Shown: piece by piece, positions 1 through 15,223 of the stretch
Numbering within the stretch: position 1 is the stretch's first letter
Layout: every line of letters begins with the position of its first letter
Source: Octopus vulgaris
Taxonomy: Eukaryota
Direction: 5' to 3'
Length of the DNA stretch: 64,000 nucleotides
Assembly: GCA_951406725.2 (NCBI GenBank)
Contig: OX597833.1
Location: 67,332,001 to 67,396,000, forward strand
Translations under genes and position numbers: made by a program
The notes under the pieces: model-generated
The model's input: only the letters and a program-made list of their open reading frames with translations
Told to the model about the DNA's origin: nothing
Database searches by the model: none

Positions 1-113
1 CAACGTCTGTGACGGAGCAAAAGCTATATATATATATACATAATATATATGTATGTATGTATGCACGTATGTGTATGGACATGTGTGTGTATTATATACA
101 TACATATATATTC

Positions 114-169
<56 letters not shown>

Positions 170-211
170 GTACATACATATATATACATATATATATATG
201 TACATACATAT

Positions 212-253
<42 letters not shown>

Positions 254-718
254 TATATATTTCTCATATATAAATACACTCGTCTCGTCTGATTCCACTG
301 TTTGTCTTGGGCTATCGATATCCTATTCATTTGAGGAAAATAAAACCCAGGCATGACATTTTGCCTGTTAGAACTTCGAGTTTTTAACATATTATTTCAA
401 AAGAAACTTCTTTTGAGAGACAAATTAAAGTCCGCGGCAAATCCTGTTGTTGACCTTGGTGTTTTTTACATTCAGGTCAGTTCTAGTTGTGCAGAAATAA
501 GAGCTAAATTGGTCGATCATTCAAAAATTATTGGGGGTAGTTAACGATTGTTATTTTACGACGTTTTAACCTTTCTGACATCTACCGCCAAATTTCACAT
601 TTATCTTAAGCGGGATCGTAGAATTATAATGTGAATTATGACACTGATATAAATTCTATTTACAAATACACACACAGACACACAAACATTCACACACGCA
701 CACATACATATTTCATCT

Positions 719-895
719 CTAGCTTGTTTCAATGACTAGACTGCGGCCATGCTGTAGCAACACCTTGATGAATTCCAGTCGGTGGAAACGTACCCAATAC
801 GTTTGTGTAAGGCTGGTGTTTATTCTATCGTTTCCTTTTGCCGATGCGATTGTTAAGTGCAAACGTGAGACACAAACACACGCACACACAGACAC
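719..895 (-). mobile_element. SINE family A, diverged 3' fragment (similar fragments at ~9950-10093, 21866-21990, 23245-23440, 28720-28903, 36384-36560, 55811-55967, 61630-61763)
   Basis: Recognisable blocks such as GACTGCGGCCATGCTG and TTATTCTATCG. Confidence 0.7.
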
Positions 896-1819
896 CTCAC
901 ACACACATATGTAACTTTTAACAGAGGTCCTCGAAGTAGATGAGGCTACAAATAACAGCGTATAGAATCTTGAATCAAGGAAATATTTTGGATTCTTTAT
1001 TTCCGTATTTCCCCGACTAACACGAATCCACGTCTTCTGTAAACACGGCAGACCTAGTTCTAACCATTATACCGAAGCAATATTTCGAATGTTTAACGTT
1101 CCATTATGTATAGCTTCATTCACTTCGAGACACACCGTTAACAATATTATACCACATGTTTCTCGACAAAAGTAAACACACACACACACACATACATATT
1201 GATAACTATAGTAATTCATATAGATATATTCATATTTATACATAGATCTATTCATATGTGTGTGCGTGCGTGTATGTGTGGTAATACGTGGGTTACTGTT
1301 TAGGGTGTCCCACTCTTGGGCCTTTAGCGTTGCTCCAGACGTCTTAGCTAGCAATATTGAGCGATCCTGCGATTGAACACCGTCATCTCAAGGTGGAGCA
1401 GGGTATATAGACGCCACATATTTATAGCATTATAGAAACAGCCTAAGGAACATGTACTCTTGGAAATGGCTTATATATAGCTTATATAATAGCTCTCTTT
1501 CTCTATCTATCTATATATATATATTCACACATACAGAAGAGTTTGCGTATTCTTGTGTAGACGTTGCAAAAAAAAGTATACCAGTTTCACTGTGGTGGCA
1601 TGAGAACAGAAAGTCATTCTCGCGTGAGCAGGAACATATTGGTAAGTTTGTTAAAACCATCATCACTACAATAACACAAACACGGAGACTTTTTTTTAAT
1701 GGTTATTTTCATTTCCGTGCTCGAAGACAGAATAATTCGATTCAATGCAATAGTCCTTCCCCATAAGAAGAAAACAGCTAAAATAGAACAAAAATAGAAA
1801 CAAAAAAAAAAGAACCGGG

Positions 1820-1965
1820 TAATAATAATAGTAGTGATGAAGATCATAATAATAATAATGATAGTACTACTACTACTACTACTACTAATAATAATAATAA
1901 TAATTATAATAATAATAATAACAATAATAGTAATTTTAATAATAATAATAATAATAATAATAGTA

Positions 1966-2062
<97 letters not shown>

Positions 2063-2072
2063 TAATAATGAT

Positions 2073-2110
<38 letters not shown>

Positions 2111-2409
2111 TAATAATAATAATTTTAATAATATTAATAATAATAATAGTAATTTTCTTTATTACTATTTTTGTTGTTATTATTGTTAGCATTATCATTT
2201 TAGTAGTATTAATATTAGTAACAACGTCAAAAGTAAAACGTAATAACGACAAGAATAAATAATAAGATTAATAATGCTACTGTTAATATTGATGGTGATG
2301 ATGATAATGGTGATAACGATACTAATAATACTAATAATAATGATAATAATGATAGTAATAACGGTAATGATAATGATAATAATAATAATGATGATGATAA
2401 TAATAATAA

Positions 2410-2440
<31 letters not shown>

Positions 2441-2474
2441 AATAATGATGTTGATGATGATGATGATGATGATG

Positions 2475-2505
<31 letters not shown>

Positions 2506-2537
2506 TAATAATAATAATAATAATAATGATGATGATG

Positions 2538-2583
<46 letters not shown>

Positions 2584-2687
2584 TAATAATAATAATAATA
2601 ATAATAATAATATTAATAATAATAATAATAATAATGATGATGATAATAATAATGATAATAATAATAATAACAAGAATGATGATGATG

Positions 2688-2718
<31 letters not shown>

Positions 2719-2765
2719 GAATGATGATGATGGTGATAATAATAATGATGATGATGATAATAATG

Positions 2766-2861
<96 letters not shown>

Positions 2862-2865
2862 GTGA
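1820..2865. repeat. (AAT/GAT)n microsatellite field (also 27467-27928, 29530-29920)
   Basis: Direct reading; source of poly-I/L ORFs. Confidence 0.95.
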
Positions 2866-3150
2866 AGTCATGAAAAATATAGGAAAGAGTCTGTGTTGAA
2901 AAGAGAAGCTATATTTATTCTCTCTAAAATACAATGCATTACCAAAAATAACCGCCATCCATCGATATAATATTTTTTTTTCTGTTTGTTTTTGCTGTTG
3001 TCGTTGCTGTTGTTGTGACTTTATTTTATTTTGTGTTGGATTTCCTTTTTGTTTGCTTTGTGTTTTTGTGTTTTTTTTTTATTTGTTTAGTTATTTCTTT
3101 CTTTGTATACAATGAACTCAAGTAATCACAGTTGCCCACAAACACACACA

Positions 3151-3189
<39 letters not shown>

Positions 3190-3863
3190 GAGTTCGACAT
3201 CAAGTGCGAAGTATTAGGTCCAAGTAAACATAAATTCTAACCCGAACACCCGCAACAACGACGCCGGTGAGAGGACTACAACAACAACAGCAACAACAAC
3301 AACAACAATAACAACAACAACAATGGCAACGAGGACAACAAGAACTACACCAATAACACCTATATCAACAAGCATGCCATCGTCATCTACAATAGCACCA
3401 ATGACAACAACAACAACAACAACAAAATTATACCAATATGGAGAAAAAGTGAAGAAAAAACTCACCGAAAACAATACAAAAAAAACACGTAAGTAATAAA
3501 CGGAAAAATAGTGCAGACAGTAAAATATAAATTAATAGTAGTATTTTAATAATAATCTGTTGAGTTTTTTCTTATACGTTTTTGGCGCTGGAATCATAAT
3601 TTACACAAACACACGGCTATAAATAGTGTTTTTCAATGAACGACAATCTGTATATTATGTTTGTGTGTGCTGGGTAATCTATATATACAAATATAAAGGA
3701 GAAAAAAAATGGACGAAAAGTAATTTTATGTATTGACATCCATTTTATAATACGGTGTAATCATGTGCATATTTACACAGACCTAAGATCACAACCCTAT
3801 TCACACACAATCACAAGCGACATCTATAAATACCCACCCATATATATGTATATATATGCATAC

Positions 3864-3925
<62 letters not shown>

Positions 3926-4203
3926 AATGTGTTAAGAAATAGCTCGCTCGCTTCAGCCGACTGTATAATACCTCGAATACATCTACATAGGATTCTCAAC
4001 CTTTAGACTTGAATATGTTGCAGTTGGTTTAATATGTATCAACTAAATACACATGTCTGGTGTATCAGAATGACACGGGGAAACTTATTCAGCAGAAACA
4101 CGTGTCGGAAATGAATGCGAAGCAAATACGTTAATACATATATTTTGAAGAGATGTATAACTCTCATTTCTTCATTGTATAGTCTTTTGAAGCTGAAACA
4201 ATT

Positions 4204-4367
<164 letters not shown>

Positions 4368-5111
4368 GGCGGTGCCCCAGCATGGTCACGACTCGTGAGC
4401 TGAAACTAGATAAAATAAAATATAAAATAAAATAAAATAAATATATATATATATATATGTATGTATGTATATATATTCATGTAAACAGTTATTACCTTGT
4501 TACTTTACGCAATTAAGAGGAAACGAGTTCAGTACTATTGTAGCGGAGGAATTCCGCATCCTTTATTTTCAAAGCTAACAGTTAGTAATTCCGAATCGGC
4601 GATTTGTATCACTAGCATGAGTCAATTTTGACCGGTTCCTAAGTGTGAAACAAACAGTTCTTCAGTGCTAACCAAATACAGAATGATTGGGTCATATTTT
4701 GTATTCATAATGGTTCATGTATTTGCTTCAACTACTGAACGTACTTGAATTAAAATGTTGCCGCCATCAACATCACGAATGAAAAGTAAATCCTATAAAC
4801 AGTCGAATATAACAGTAAAATTTCTATTTACACATTGACTGCTGCTGATGATACAAACCGCGGTTATAAAGCGTAGTACAGAAAGTGTTCTTATCATAAC
4901 TTTCTGAATTACAACTTGGTTGGTAAAGGCCCTCGATCGGCGGATCCCTGATCTCTATTCAGAGTTGGTGTGTCCAAACCGATCAATCTTTAGTAAAATG
5001 AAATCGATATATATTTTTTGCAATGTCGTATGTTACCGTCAATAAAACACTCGCAATAAGAAATGTAAGTATTACTCATTGTATTAAAAGCTATTCAAAT
5101 ACGCCTGTCTG

Positions 5112-5189
<78 letters not shown>

Positions 5190-5361
5190 AATCTATTTAT
5201 CTATCTATCTCTCTATCTGTGAGTCTTTCTGTGTGTGTGTGTGTGTGTCAGTCTATGTATGTATGAAGTTATGTATATATCGATCTAAATATATACATGA
5301 ATGTATGTGTGTATTTGTGTTATATAACTATATGTATGTATGTATGTATGCATGTATATTT

Positions 5362-5414
<53 letters not shown>

Positions 5415-6450
5415 TATACATATATATATATATATATAATATATAGTATATATAATATATATTTATATGTATGTATGCATGCGTGAGTCGTGAGTGCGCC
5501 TGTGAGAGTGGGCGTAAATGCTCACATGCTTACATAACACGCATTATACAATATCTTTTATTATGCGTGAATAGAAATCGTTAATATAAACGTCTCTTTG
5601 AAAATATTACTCAATAACTTCCCAGACATCATTCAGTGAAGATCTCTGGCTATTATCTGAATTATATGGAACACAACAAACCTTTTGTGCAACAATATTG
5701 CTTATTTAGTGTAGATTTATTAGAATACGTCTGACTCCGTAAAATGGCGATTGGACGACCGTAGCAGCCAGAGATAACAATACCGTCAACAGTTAAGTCA
5801 TCGTGCCAACTATAAAAGATATCGAAGAATACATAAGCAGACCAATTATTTCTCTTGATCTCTCCAATTAAATGAAGATCTATTTCGATGCTGTCAAAAT
5901 ACCCGAGAAATCCTTTTATCGGCTACGAGGCGGTAAAATAGTAACTGGGATGAAATTTATCTACGCTGAGGGCACTTCCATAGTTTGATGTCTTTGATAA
6001 TATGAGTATTTTATGACCGGAATAAAACATCTGAGATAGTGAACGTATATAAACCATCTAGTATATAAATCGATTTAAAAAAAAAAACCTGCTCTACCTT
6101 AAAAGAGTTTAAATCTGTCACATATGAAGGCGATAACCACGTAAATACAGATCTGTCACCATTCGTCAGACAATATAATGACCCCAGAAAATGGTGATAC
6201 GCACCAATCGTCATACATAAATACTGCGGTAGAGAAAACGCTAGAATAAATAGATCTTTGAAACTATTTATGACAGCAGTTTGAAGATAATGTTTGTAAC
6301 TTTGCGGAAGTTATTTTTAGAAAGATGTTAATTTTTGAACAACTTTCAAACTATTTAAAATCAGGATTTCATGATAAGGCTTCTAAATTCACTGCTGTAA
6401 CAGAAATAGGTTTAATTTTGAACAGAATTGTAAATATACCCAAGTATATT

Positions 6451-7245
6451 TCCTAATATATAAAAGTGAAGTTGTGTGTCTGTCTGTCCCCTTCGATTTA
6501 GATTCCTAACTCCTCCCACATTTTGCGGTGCAGCTTAACCAAAACCGGGTATCTTATAGTCGTGATTCATATCGAGACCTTCTGGGTTTTAGCGCGCGTC
6601 TACGATGAGTCTACGATTTTAAAAATAATTTACCATCATTTGTTTCCATTTTAATGCACTTTTTTCGCTATTATATAAAGGAACTAACTCTCTAAAAATG
6701 TCTACGATGAGTCAACGATTAAAAAAAAATTACCATCATTTTATTTCCATTTTTAATGCATTTTTTTTGCTATTTTTTGGCTATAACTCTCTAAAAATGC
6801 TTGTAGCTTGCTAATCAACCACATGGTTCCGGGTTCAGTCCCACTGCGTGGCATCTTGGGCAAGTGTCTTCTGCTATAGCCCCGGGCCGACCAATGCCTT
6901 GTGAGTGGATTTGGTAGACTGAAACTGAAAGAAGCCTGTCGTATATATGTATATATATATAAGTGTGTGTATATATGTTTGTGTGTCTGTGTTTGTCCCC
7001 CTAGCATTGGTTGACAACCCATGCTGGTGTGTTTACGTCCCCGTCACTTAGCGGTTCGGCAAAAGAGACCGATAGAATAAGTAGTGGGCTTACAAAGAAT
7101 AAGTCCCGGGGTCGATTTGCTCGACTAAAGGCGGTGCTCCAGCATGGCCGCAGTCAAATGACTGAAACAAGTAAAAGAGTAAAGAGTAAAAGAGTATATA
7201 GTTATTTCCCTTACAAACCCGAGCAACGCCGGGCGATACTGCTAG
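6451..7245 (+). mobile_element. Non-autonomous Helitron-like element, copy 1 (interrupted by a SINE)
   Basis: 5' TC..TATATAAAA start, subterminal hairpin CCCGAGCAACGCCGGG, 3' CTAG followed by T. Confidence 0.7.
6803..7195 (+). mobile_element. tRNA-derived SINE family A, 5'-truncated, nested in Helitron
   Basis: Matches the other family A copies. The empty site AAAATGCTT|ATATAGTT is visible in Helitron copy 2. Confidence 0.9.
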
Positions 7246-7641
7246 TTTCCTTATAAGTTAAAGATAAATTCTCGAAAATATAATGTGGAAGATTGTCGAA
7301 TTACATAACTTTCAAGTTATTTAAAATAACAATTTCAAGATAATTCTAGCAAATAATCTGCTCACTTTTTTTTTTGCTTGCCATTAGTGATTTCAAACTA
7401 AGTAAAAGTGTAATTTACGATAGTCAGTGTTAATTCTTTAAAATATTATTAAATAGTTACACTAATGCCTTGTACGCAGTATATTCTTATGTAACCATTA
7501 AATACTATATGTTACATGTTTTTATAAGTGAATACCGCGTTGTACCGCGATAAGAAGGAATGTAAAACATTAGCAGTACGCTTTACACTCCTCGTTTGCA
7601 AGAAATGTAAATGCGCACTGCTAACACAGTAGAACACGATA

Positions 7642-7814
7642 TCTATATATATATAAAACTGAAGTTGTGTGATGTCTGTCTCCTTCATTTGTTACCATCA
7701 TTTTATTTCCATTTTTAATGCATTTTTTTTGCTATTTTTTGGCTATAACTCTCTAAAAATGCTTATATAGTTATTTCCCTTACAAACCCGAGCAACGCCG
7801 GGCGATACTGCTAG
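7642..7814 (+). mobile_element. Non-autonomous Helitron-like element, copy 2 (internally deleted)
   Basis: A|TCTATATAT...CCCGAGCAACGCCGGG..CTAG|T, matching canonical Helitron termini. Confidence 0.75.
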
Positions 7815-8255
7815 TTTCCTTATAATTTAAAGATAAATTCTCGAAAATATAATGTGAAAGAACGTCGAATTACATAACTTTCAAGTTATTTAAAATAACA
7901 ATTTCAGGATAATTCTAGCAAATAATCTTCTCTCTCTCATTTTTTTATTGCATGCAATTAGTGATTTCAAACTAAGTAAAAGTGTAATTTACGATAGTCA
8001 GTGTTAATTCTTTAAAATATTATTAAATAGTTACACTAATGCCTTGTACACGGTATATTCTTATGCAATCATTATATACTATAAAGTATGTTACACGTTT
8101 TTATAAGTATATACCGCGTTGCACCGCGTTAATAAGGAATGTAAAACTTTCGAAATACTCTTTACACTACTCGTTTGCAAGAAATATAAAAGCGCACTGC
8201 TAACACAGTAGAACACGGTATTAACTTATAAGAACGTAAAATATATTTTATAAAA

Positions 8256-8485
8256 GGCGGCGAGGTGGCAGAATAGTTAGCGCGCTGGGGGAAACGCTTT
8301 GTGTTATTTCGTCTGTAGCTACGTTTTGCGTTCAAATTGCGTCGAGGTCGACTTTGCCTTTCATCCTTTCCAGGTCGATAAAATAAGTACCAGATACGCA
8401 CTGAGGTCCATGAAATCGACTTAATCCTTTTGTCTGTCCTTGTTCCTCCCCTCTATGTTTAGCCATCTGTGGACAATAAAAAATA
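8256..8485 (+). mobile_element. tRNA-derived SINE family B (other copies ~10857-11022+, 14113-14330+, 18960-19120-, 22860-23030-, 23510-23695-, 27930-28138-, 29280-29435-, 55163-55388-, 57420-57616-)
   Basis: Head GGCGGCGAG(C/G)TGGCAGAA..TTAG, B box GTTCAAAT, conserved core GCCTTTCATCCTTTCGGGGTCGATAAA..AGTACCAG, tail ..GCCCCTTGTGGG..TAAAGAAA. Confidence 0.85.
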
Positions 8486-8921
8486 TATATATGTGTGTAT
8501 ATATATATATACTTCATAGAATATCCTGTTGCGTAACGAAATACCGCGTACCGACAAGTCATTAGTATTTACGTACCAGCTTAGAATTGGTAGTTCCAAT
8601 AAAGTTACACCGCTGTATATATTGTCTAATTAAGCGAAGTGTTCAAAGATGATGAAAGAGTTAGATGGGGGCTGATGAAGGACCCAAAATCCCCAAAATA
8701 TGGCATATACGCTCATTATTCATTTTTAACTTCGATCTCATTGTTTGTTTACACCAGGCATTTCGGATACGAAACGTAGTAAAATAATTAGTGCTGGTTA
8801 TAATTTCTATGGAATATCTGTAGAGATATCCTTAACAAGTGGCATAAAATAGTTATACTATAGTATAGCTCTAAGATTTGTTATTAACATAAAATAGTTA
8901 TCTGAAAAAAAGTTTCAGATA

Positions 8922-9346
8922 GGCGCAGGAGTGGCTGTGTGGTAAGTAGCTTGTTTACCAACCATATGGTTCCGGGTTCAGTCCCACTGCGTGGCACCTT
9001 GGGCTAGTGTCTTCTGCTATAGCCTTGGGCCGACCAAAGCCTTGTGAGTGGATTTGGTAGACTGAAACTGAAAGAAGCCCGTCGTATATATGTATACATA
9101 TATATATATGTGTGTGTGCATGTATGTTTGTGTGTCTGTGTTTGTCCCCCTAGCATTGCTTGACAACCGATGCTGGTGTGTTTATGTCCCCGTTACTTAG
9201 CGGTTCGACAAAAGAGACCGATAGAATAAGTACTGGGCTTACAAAAAGAATAAGTCCCGGGGGTCGAGTTGCTCGATTAAAGGCGGTGCTCCAGCATGGC
9301 CGCAGTCAAATGACTGAAACAAGTAACAAGAGAAAGAGAAAGAGAG
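8922..9346 (+). mobile_element. SINE family A, full length
   Basis: GGCGCAGGAGTGGCTGTGTGG (A box), GGTTCAGTCCC (B-box-like), internal TA/TG tract, tail GACTGAAACAAGTAA plus simple repeat. Confidence 0.9.
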
Positions 9347-10148
9347 ACAATTCAAAACTGTAATTCCACGAAGATGTTCTATAATCCTGTCGAAAATCAT
9401 CAAAAAATTAATTTATGAAACGAGTTGAACCTGAAATCGCATTACAATATCTCTATCTATAAACTACAATTAGCATCGGATCATATTCTGAAAGCTTATC
9501 TATGTAGTGGCCGCAATTTCAAGAAAGTATTTCTAAATAATCTGAAGAAGATTTAAAAACTGACAGGTGTTACAAAACTTTCAAACTGTATAAAACTGCA
9601 ATCAGATGAAATTGGACCCAATTCTCTAAAGAATGTTGAAACCCTAATCGATTTTTTGAAGAACGGACTATTTCAAGATAACAATTTGACAATAAATTTG
9701 AAGGTAATTCTCTAAAGCATCAATAGAAATACGTGTAATCGGTTTTTGAAATCGCTGTCAAAATACAAACGATGAAATTGTTTGCAATCTATAAAGTATT
9801 TGACACATCTGAGATTATGTGAAAGGAATGTGTATTGGTTTCAAATTTTAGCACAAGGCCTGTAATTTTGGGGAAGATGGAACGAAAGGAAGGAGGGGGG
9901 AACACAGATACCGAGAAGCACACAAACACTTTCATATGTAAAAGGTTTCCACAGTTTCGCCTTTTCCGTTTTCAGAATTCACTCACAATAAATTGTTCGA
10001 ACCGAGGTTAGAGCAGAAGACACTTGGACACGGTTTCTTGTACTGGGACTGAATTTGAAACCACGAGGTTGCAAAGCCAGGCTCTTAACCATGCACCCAT
10101 ACTTGTTTATATATATATTTCAAATTTACTTCATATATTTAATCCATA

Positions 10149-10752
<604 letters not shown>

Positions 10753-11887
10753 ATATTATATTATATATATATACAAATTAGAGACAAAACCACTATTATG
10801 CAAATCCAAAAAAGAAGACTTAATCCAATACATAAATTAATTTATATATATATACAAAGCGGCGAGTTCAAATTCCGCCGAGGTCGACTTTGCCTTTCAT
10901 TATTTCGGGGTCGATTAAATAAGTACCAATTACGCACTGGGGTCGATATAATCGACTTACTCCGTTTGTCTGTCCTTGTTTGTCTTCTCTGTGTTTAGCC
11001 CCTTGTGGGTAGTAAAGAAATAATATTATTTACATTTGAATATGACAGATGAAGTCAGCTTACGATGTCTCTTTCTCATTGTCTCTTATACAATCAGAAG
11101 CGGTTTACTCCTTCAACAATCAGATCAGATGGCATTTCGAAAGATACACACACAGGCGCTTCAACAATGTTGCTAATTGTCCCATGTAATGCATGTCCCT
11201 CTACCAGAAGCAGACGATAAATCACCGCAATTGAATTGCATTTCTTTGTAGATTTAACTCATACGTTCACAAACAGTAGCTCTACGACGTAAACATCTAA
11301 ACCAATTATAATCTGCCTGGCAATGGGAATTAGGAACCAAGCTGTCCTTGAGATTTATTGCTTCAATACGAATTATTTCAGTTGAATAACCATTGTTGCA
11401 TTCTCTCAAAATATGAGGCGAATTTTCGTCTCTTCCCGATATTTACTGTGTTTTTAAGGCAGTTAGTCAATACGCGATGTTATATTAGGCTAAGTACCGT
11501 AGTAAAAGGTCTATCAACAGTGTGTATACACTGGTTATGATACAAAGATTGCTATGCATATATTCAGGAATATTAAATTTCTAAATATCTCATAGAGATA
11601 TGTACGGCGGGTGATATAAGGACATATAAGGACACAGTAAGTGTGTCGAAGCCGACAGGAAGTATCGATGCTTCTCAGGGCTAAACAACGGTGGTGTAAT
11701 CCATTCCCTACTGTCACGTTAAATTGACAGTATGCAACCATTATATGCATATATTATCGTCATTCAAGTAGGAAAACTGAAGTATCTTCGTTTCCTTAGA
11801 TATCTTGGATATCTACATGCGGCACTTACATTTTGTGATTATTTATGCCACAAAAACTGGATGCACCAGTAACGAAATAACAGTGTC

Positions 11888-11967
<80 letters not shown>

Positions 11968-11999
11968 CCTGTCTGTCTTTCTGTCTAGTTGGCTATCTG

Positions 12000-12070
<71 letters not shown>

Positions 12071-12086
12071 CTCTATCTCTCTTCTA

Positions 12087-12117
<31 letters not shown>

Positions 12118-12123
12118 CGTTGG

Positions 12124-12182
<59 letters not shown>

Positions 12183-12214
12183 CCTGTCTGTCTTTCTGTC
12201 TAGTTGGCTATCTG

Positions 12215-12261
<47 letters not shown>

Positions 12262-12269
12262 CTCTTCTA

Positions 12270-12300
<31 letters not shown>

Positions 12301-12306
12301 CGTTGG

Positions 12307-12374
<68 letters not shown>

Positions 12375-12495
12375 ATATCTATCTATTTATCTATCTATCT
12401 ATCAGTCTGTCTGTCTCGCTGTCTATCTATCTGTCTGTCTGTCTGGCTGGCTTGCTCTCTGTCTGTCTATCTATCTATCCATCTATCTATCATCT
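11888..12495. repeat. (ATCT)n/(GTCT)n compound microsatellite with higher-order block duplication (ATCT also at 5110-5215, 51880-52095, 59602-59843)
   Basis: Interruptions ACCTGTCTGTCTTTCTGTCTAGTTGG and GTCTCGTTGG each recur twice. Confidence 0.95.
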
Positions 12496-13429
12496 ACATA
12501 TTGTGAATATAATTACGAGTTTAGGTTTACAAAATTTACAAAATTTACGGAATCTTCGCTTGTCTCCATATGCACAATAAATATACATAATTATATATAC
12601 ATCCATATATATGTGAATATAAATATACATGCATACATATATACGTGTATATATGTACGTTGTTCTATTTCGGGATGTTTATTAATTTTTTTCTGTTGCC
12701 AAATAAACACACGCATCACACATTCGTTTTTGAGTCTTTTAATTCTCTTCTTATTCCAACTCATGTCCATTGTCCGCAAGACTCTCGTCACACATATTTG
12801 ACCCCTTCAGCGACACTTCCCGTCTTCGTGTGTGCTCTTGCTCTACTTATTCCACTCTCCTCCACACACATACACGCAGATACACACACATATCAGTTCA
12901 ATAAGTGCCACCATAGTCTGCTTTTCAAGTTTTTCTCTCATTGTATTTTAAAATAATCTTTACAATGCTGAAGTGTGTGAAACGTAAAAAAAAACAATAT
13001 TTAGTAATGTTCATAACGTTCAATTATCGCTGTCATACCACTAGTGGCAATAATAATAAATAATGATTTTAAAAAAGGTGTTGTATACAGTGCTCAGGTG
13101 CACTACAACTCAAAAAACATGTATTGCGTGACATTTGAGTTGGGCGCTTGACAACTGTAGTAAAATGGATGACTTCTTTCGTTTTATGATTTGTAGATGG
13201 CTGTCACAAATTGAATCTTTCGAATACGGTTTTGACCAATCAGCATGCAGTTTAAACATCATTGTTTCCCGGACGCACCGATAGTACTGGCATAGATCCC
13301 GCTTTTATTTTTACCAATAAGCTTGCAATTTACATGTAATGGTTTTATGAGTGAGAAAGCTTAGTTAGTTTCGATCGTTTTTATTTCAATCGGTGAGAGT
13401 CTTCTTTAATTTGTCTATATTCAAATATT

Positions 13430-13845
13430 ACTCTTTACTCTCTTTTTACTCTTTTACTTGTTTCAGTCATTTGACTGCTGCCATGCTGGAGCACCGCCTT
13501 TAGTCGAGCAAATCGACCCCGGGACTTATTCTTTGTAAGCCCACTACTTATTCTATCGGTCTCTTTTGCCGAACAGCTAAGTGACGGGGACGTAAACACA
13601 CCAACATCGGTTGTCAAGCAATGCTAGGGGGACAAACACAGACACACAAACACATACACACATATATATATATATATACATATATACGACAGGCTTCTTT
13701 CAGTTTCCGTCTACCAAATCCACTCACAAGGCATTGGTCGGCCCGGGGCTATAGCAGAAGACACTTGCCCAAGATGCCACGCAGTGGGACTGAACCCGGA
13801 ACCATGTGGTTGGTTAGCAAGCTACTTACCACACAGCCACTCCTG
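13430..13845 (-). mobile_element. SINE family A
   Basis: Reverse-complement match to 8922-9346. Confidence 0.9.
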
Positions 13846-15129
13846 TTAATCCATATCATTAACTATTTGTTATATTATTGTTGTTATTTCACTTCAGAAC
13901 AGGTTTGAACATTTGACTGAAACTTTTTTCCTCTCTCTTTCTTCCCATCTCACTTGTGTCATGTATTCAATGGAAAGGAAAAATTAGAGACATTTTTTGG
14001 CCACACGTTTCTATATGTTCGCTCAGCGGAATTTGGCGAATATTAGCGTTCCTGATTCGCTGCCTGTGAACTCGTGAGAGTTCCGATAATGCGTTCCAAT
14101 AATGCACTCCGTTAAGGCAATGAACTGGCAGAAACGTTAGCACACCGGGCGAAATGCTTAGCCGTATTTCGTCTGCCTTTACGTTCTGAGTTCAAATTTC
14201 GCCAAGGTCGACTTTGACTTTCATCCTTTGGGGGTCGATGAATTAAGTACCAGTTGTGTACTGGGGTCAATCTAATCAACTGACCTTCTCCCTCAAATGT
14301 CTGGCCTTGTGACTAGAGTAGAAAAGAATTCCACGTCTCACCAATGTATTTTGTATTATCATTATAATCATTACCACCCCTAAAATTTCGATTCACTATT
14401 TTACAATCACCGACTCAGAATAACCACTTAGGTGTTGAAGTGTTAAGAAAATCGTAATCTCTTAATCCTTCAGCGGTTAAGAGATTATGTGCTCCCGTTT
14501 GTCACGTCTGAAGAGACGCATCGAATATTGTACTGGGAAAACTCGGTGTGAAACCAGCACGCTGATCAATGAACTGTGAGGGTATCATATCGGTTGAGAG
14601 GCGGTAACGGAGACGATTACGAACAGAAACGCATACATACATACATACATACATACATGCAAGCATACATACATATATACGTATTCAAATCCATCCACTT
14701 CCGCTAAAATGAGAGATTCAGATACGAGACGCTTCCGCACCGTTTCCTTCAACAAGATTCATTTATAAGCATTGTGCAGACCGGTGCCCTAATAGGAACA
14801 TCTTGCCTAAGGCGTCAATCAGTGGAACACCGTGTCGTTATTGACATACTAGCACCTATAAATACACACAGATATATATATATATATATATATGAATGTA
14901 TGCATGTATGTATGTATGTATTTATATATATATATATAAATATATATGGCTCTGCCTGTGTGTATTTATAGGTGCTACTATTTCAATAACACTCACACAC
15001 AGGCACACACATTTATATATACACGTGTGTAGATGAGTACGCGTCTGTGAACATATATATGGAAATATAAATACTATAAGCAGATATAAATATATATATG
15101 TTTTTATAGTATATGCGTGTATATATATA

Positions 15130-15223
<94 letters not shown>

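Noticed and set aside
8670-8705. GCTGATGAAGGA..TCCCCAAAA hammerhead-like relic
   Set aside because: GAAA is absent and stems I/III are not evident; too decayed to call.
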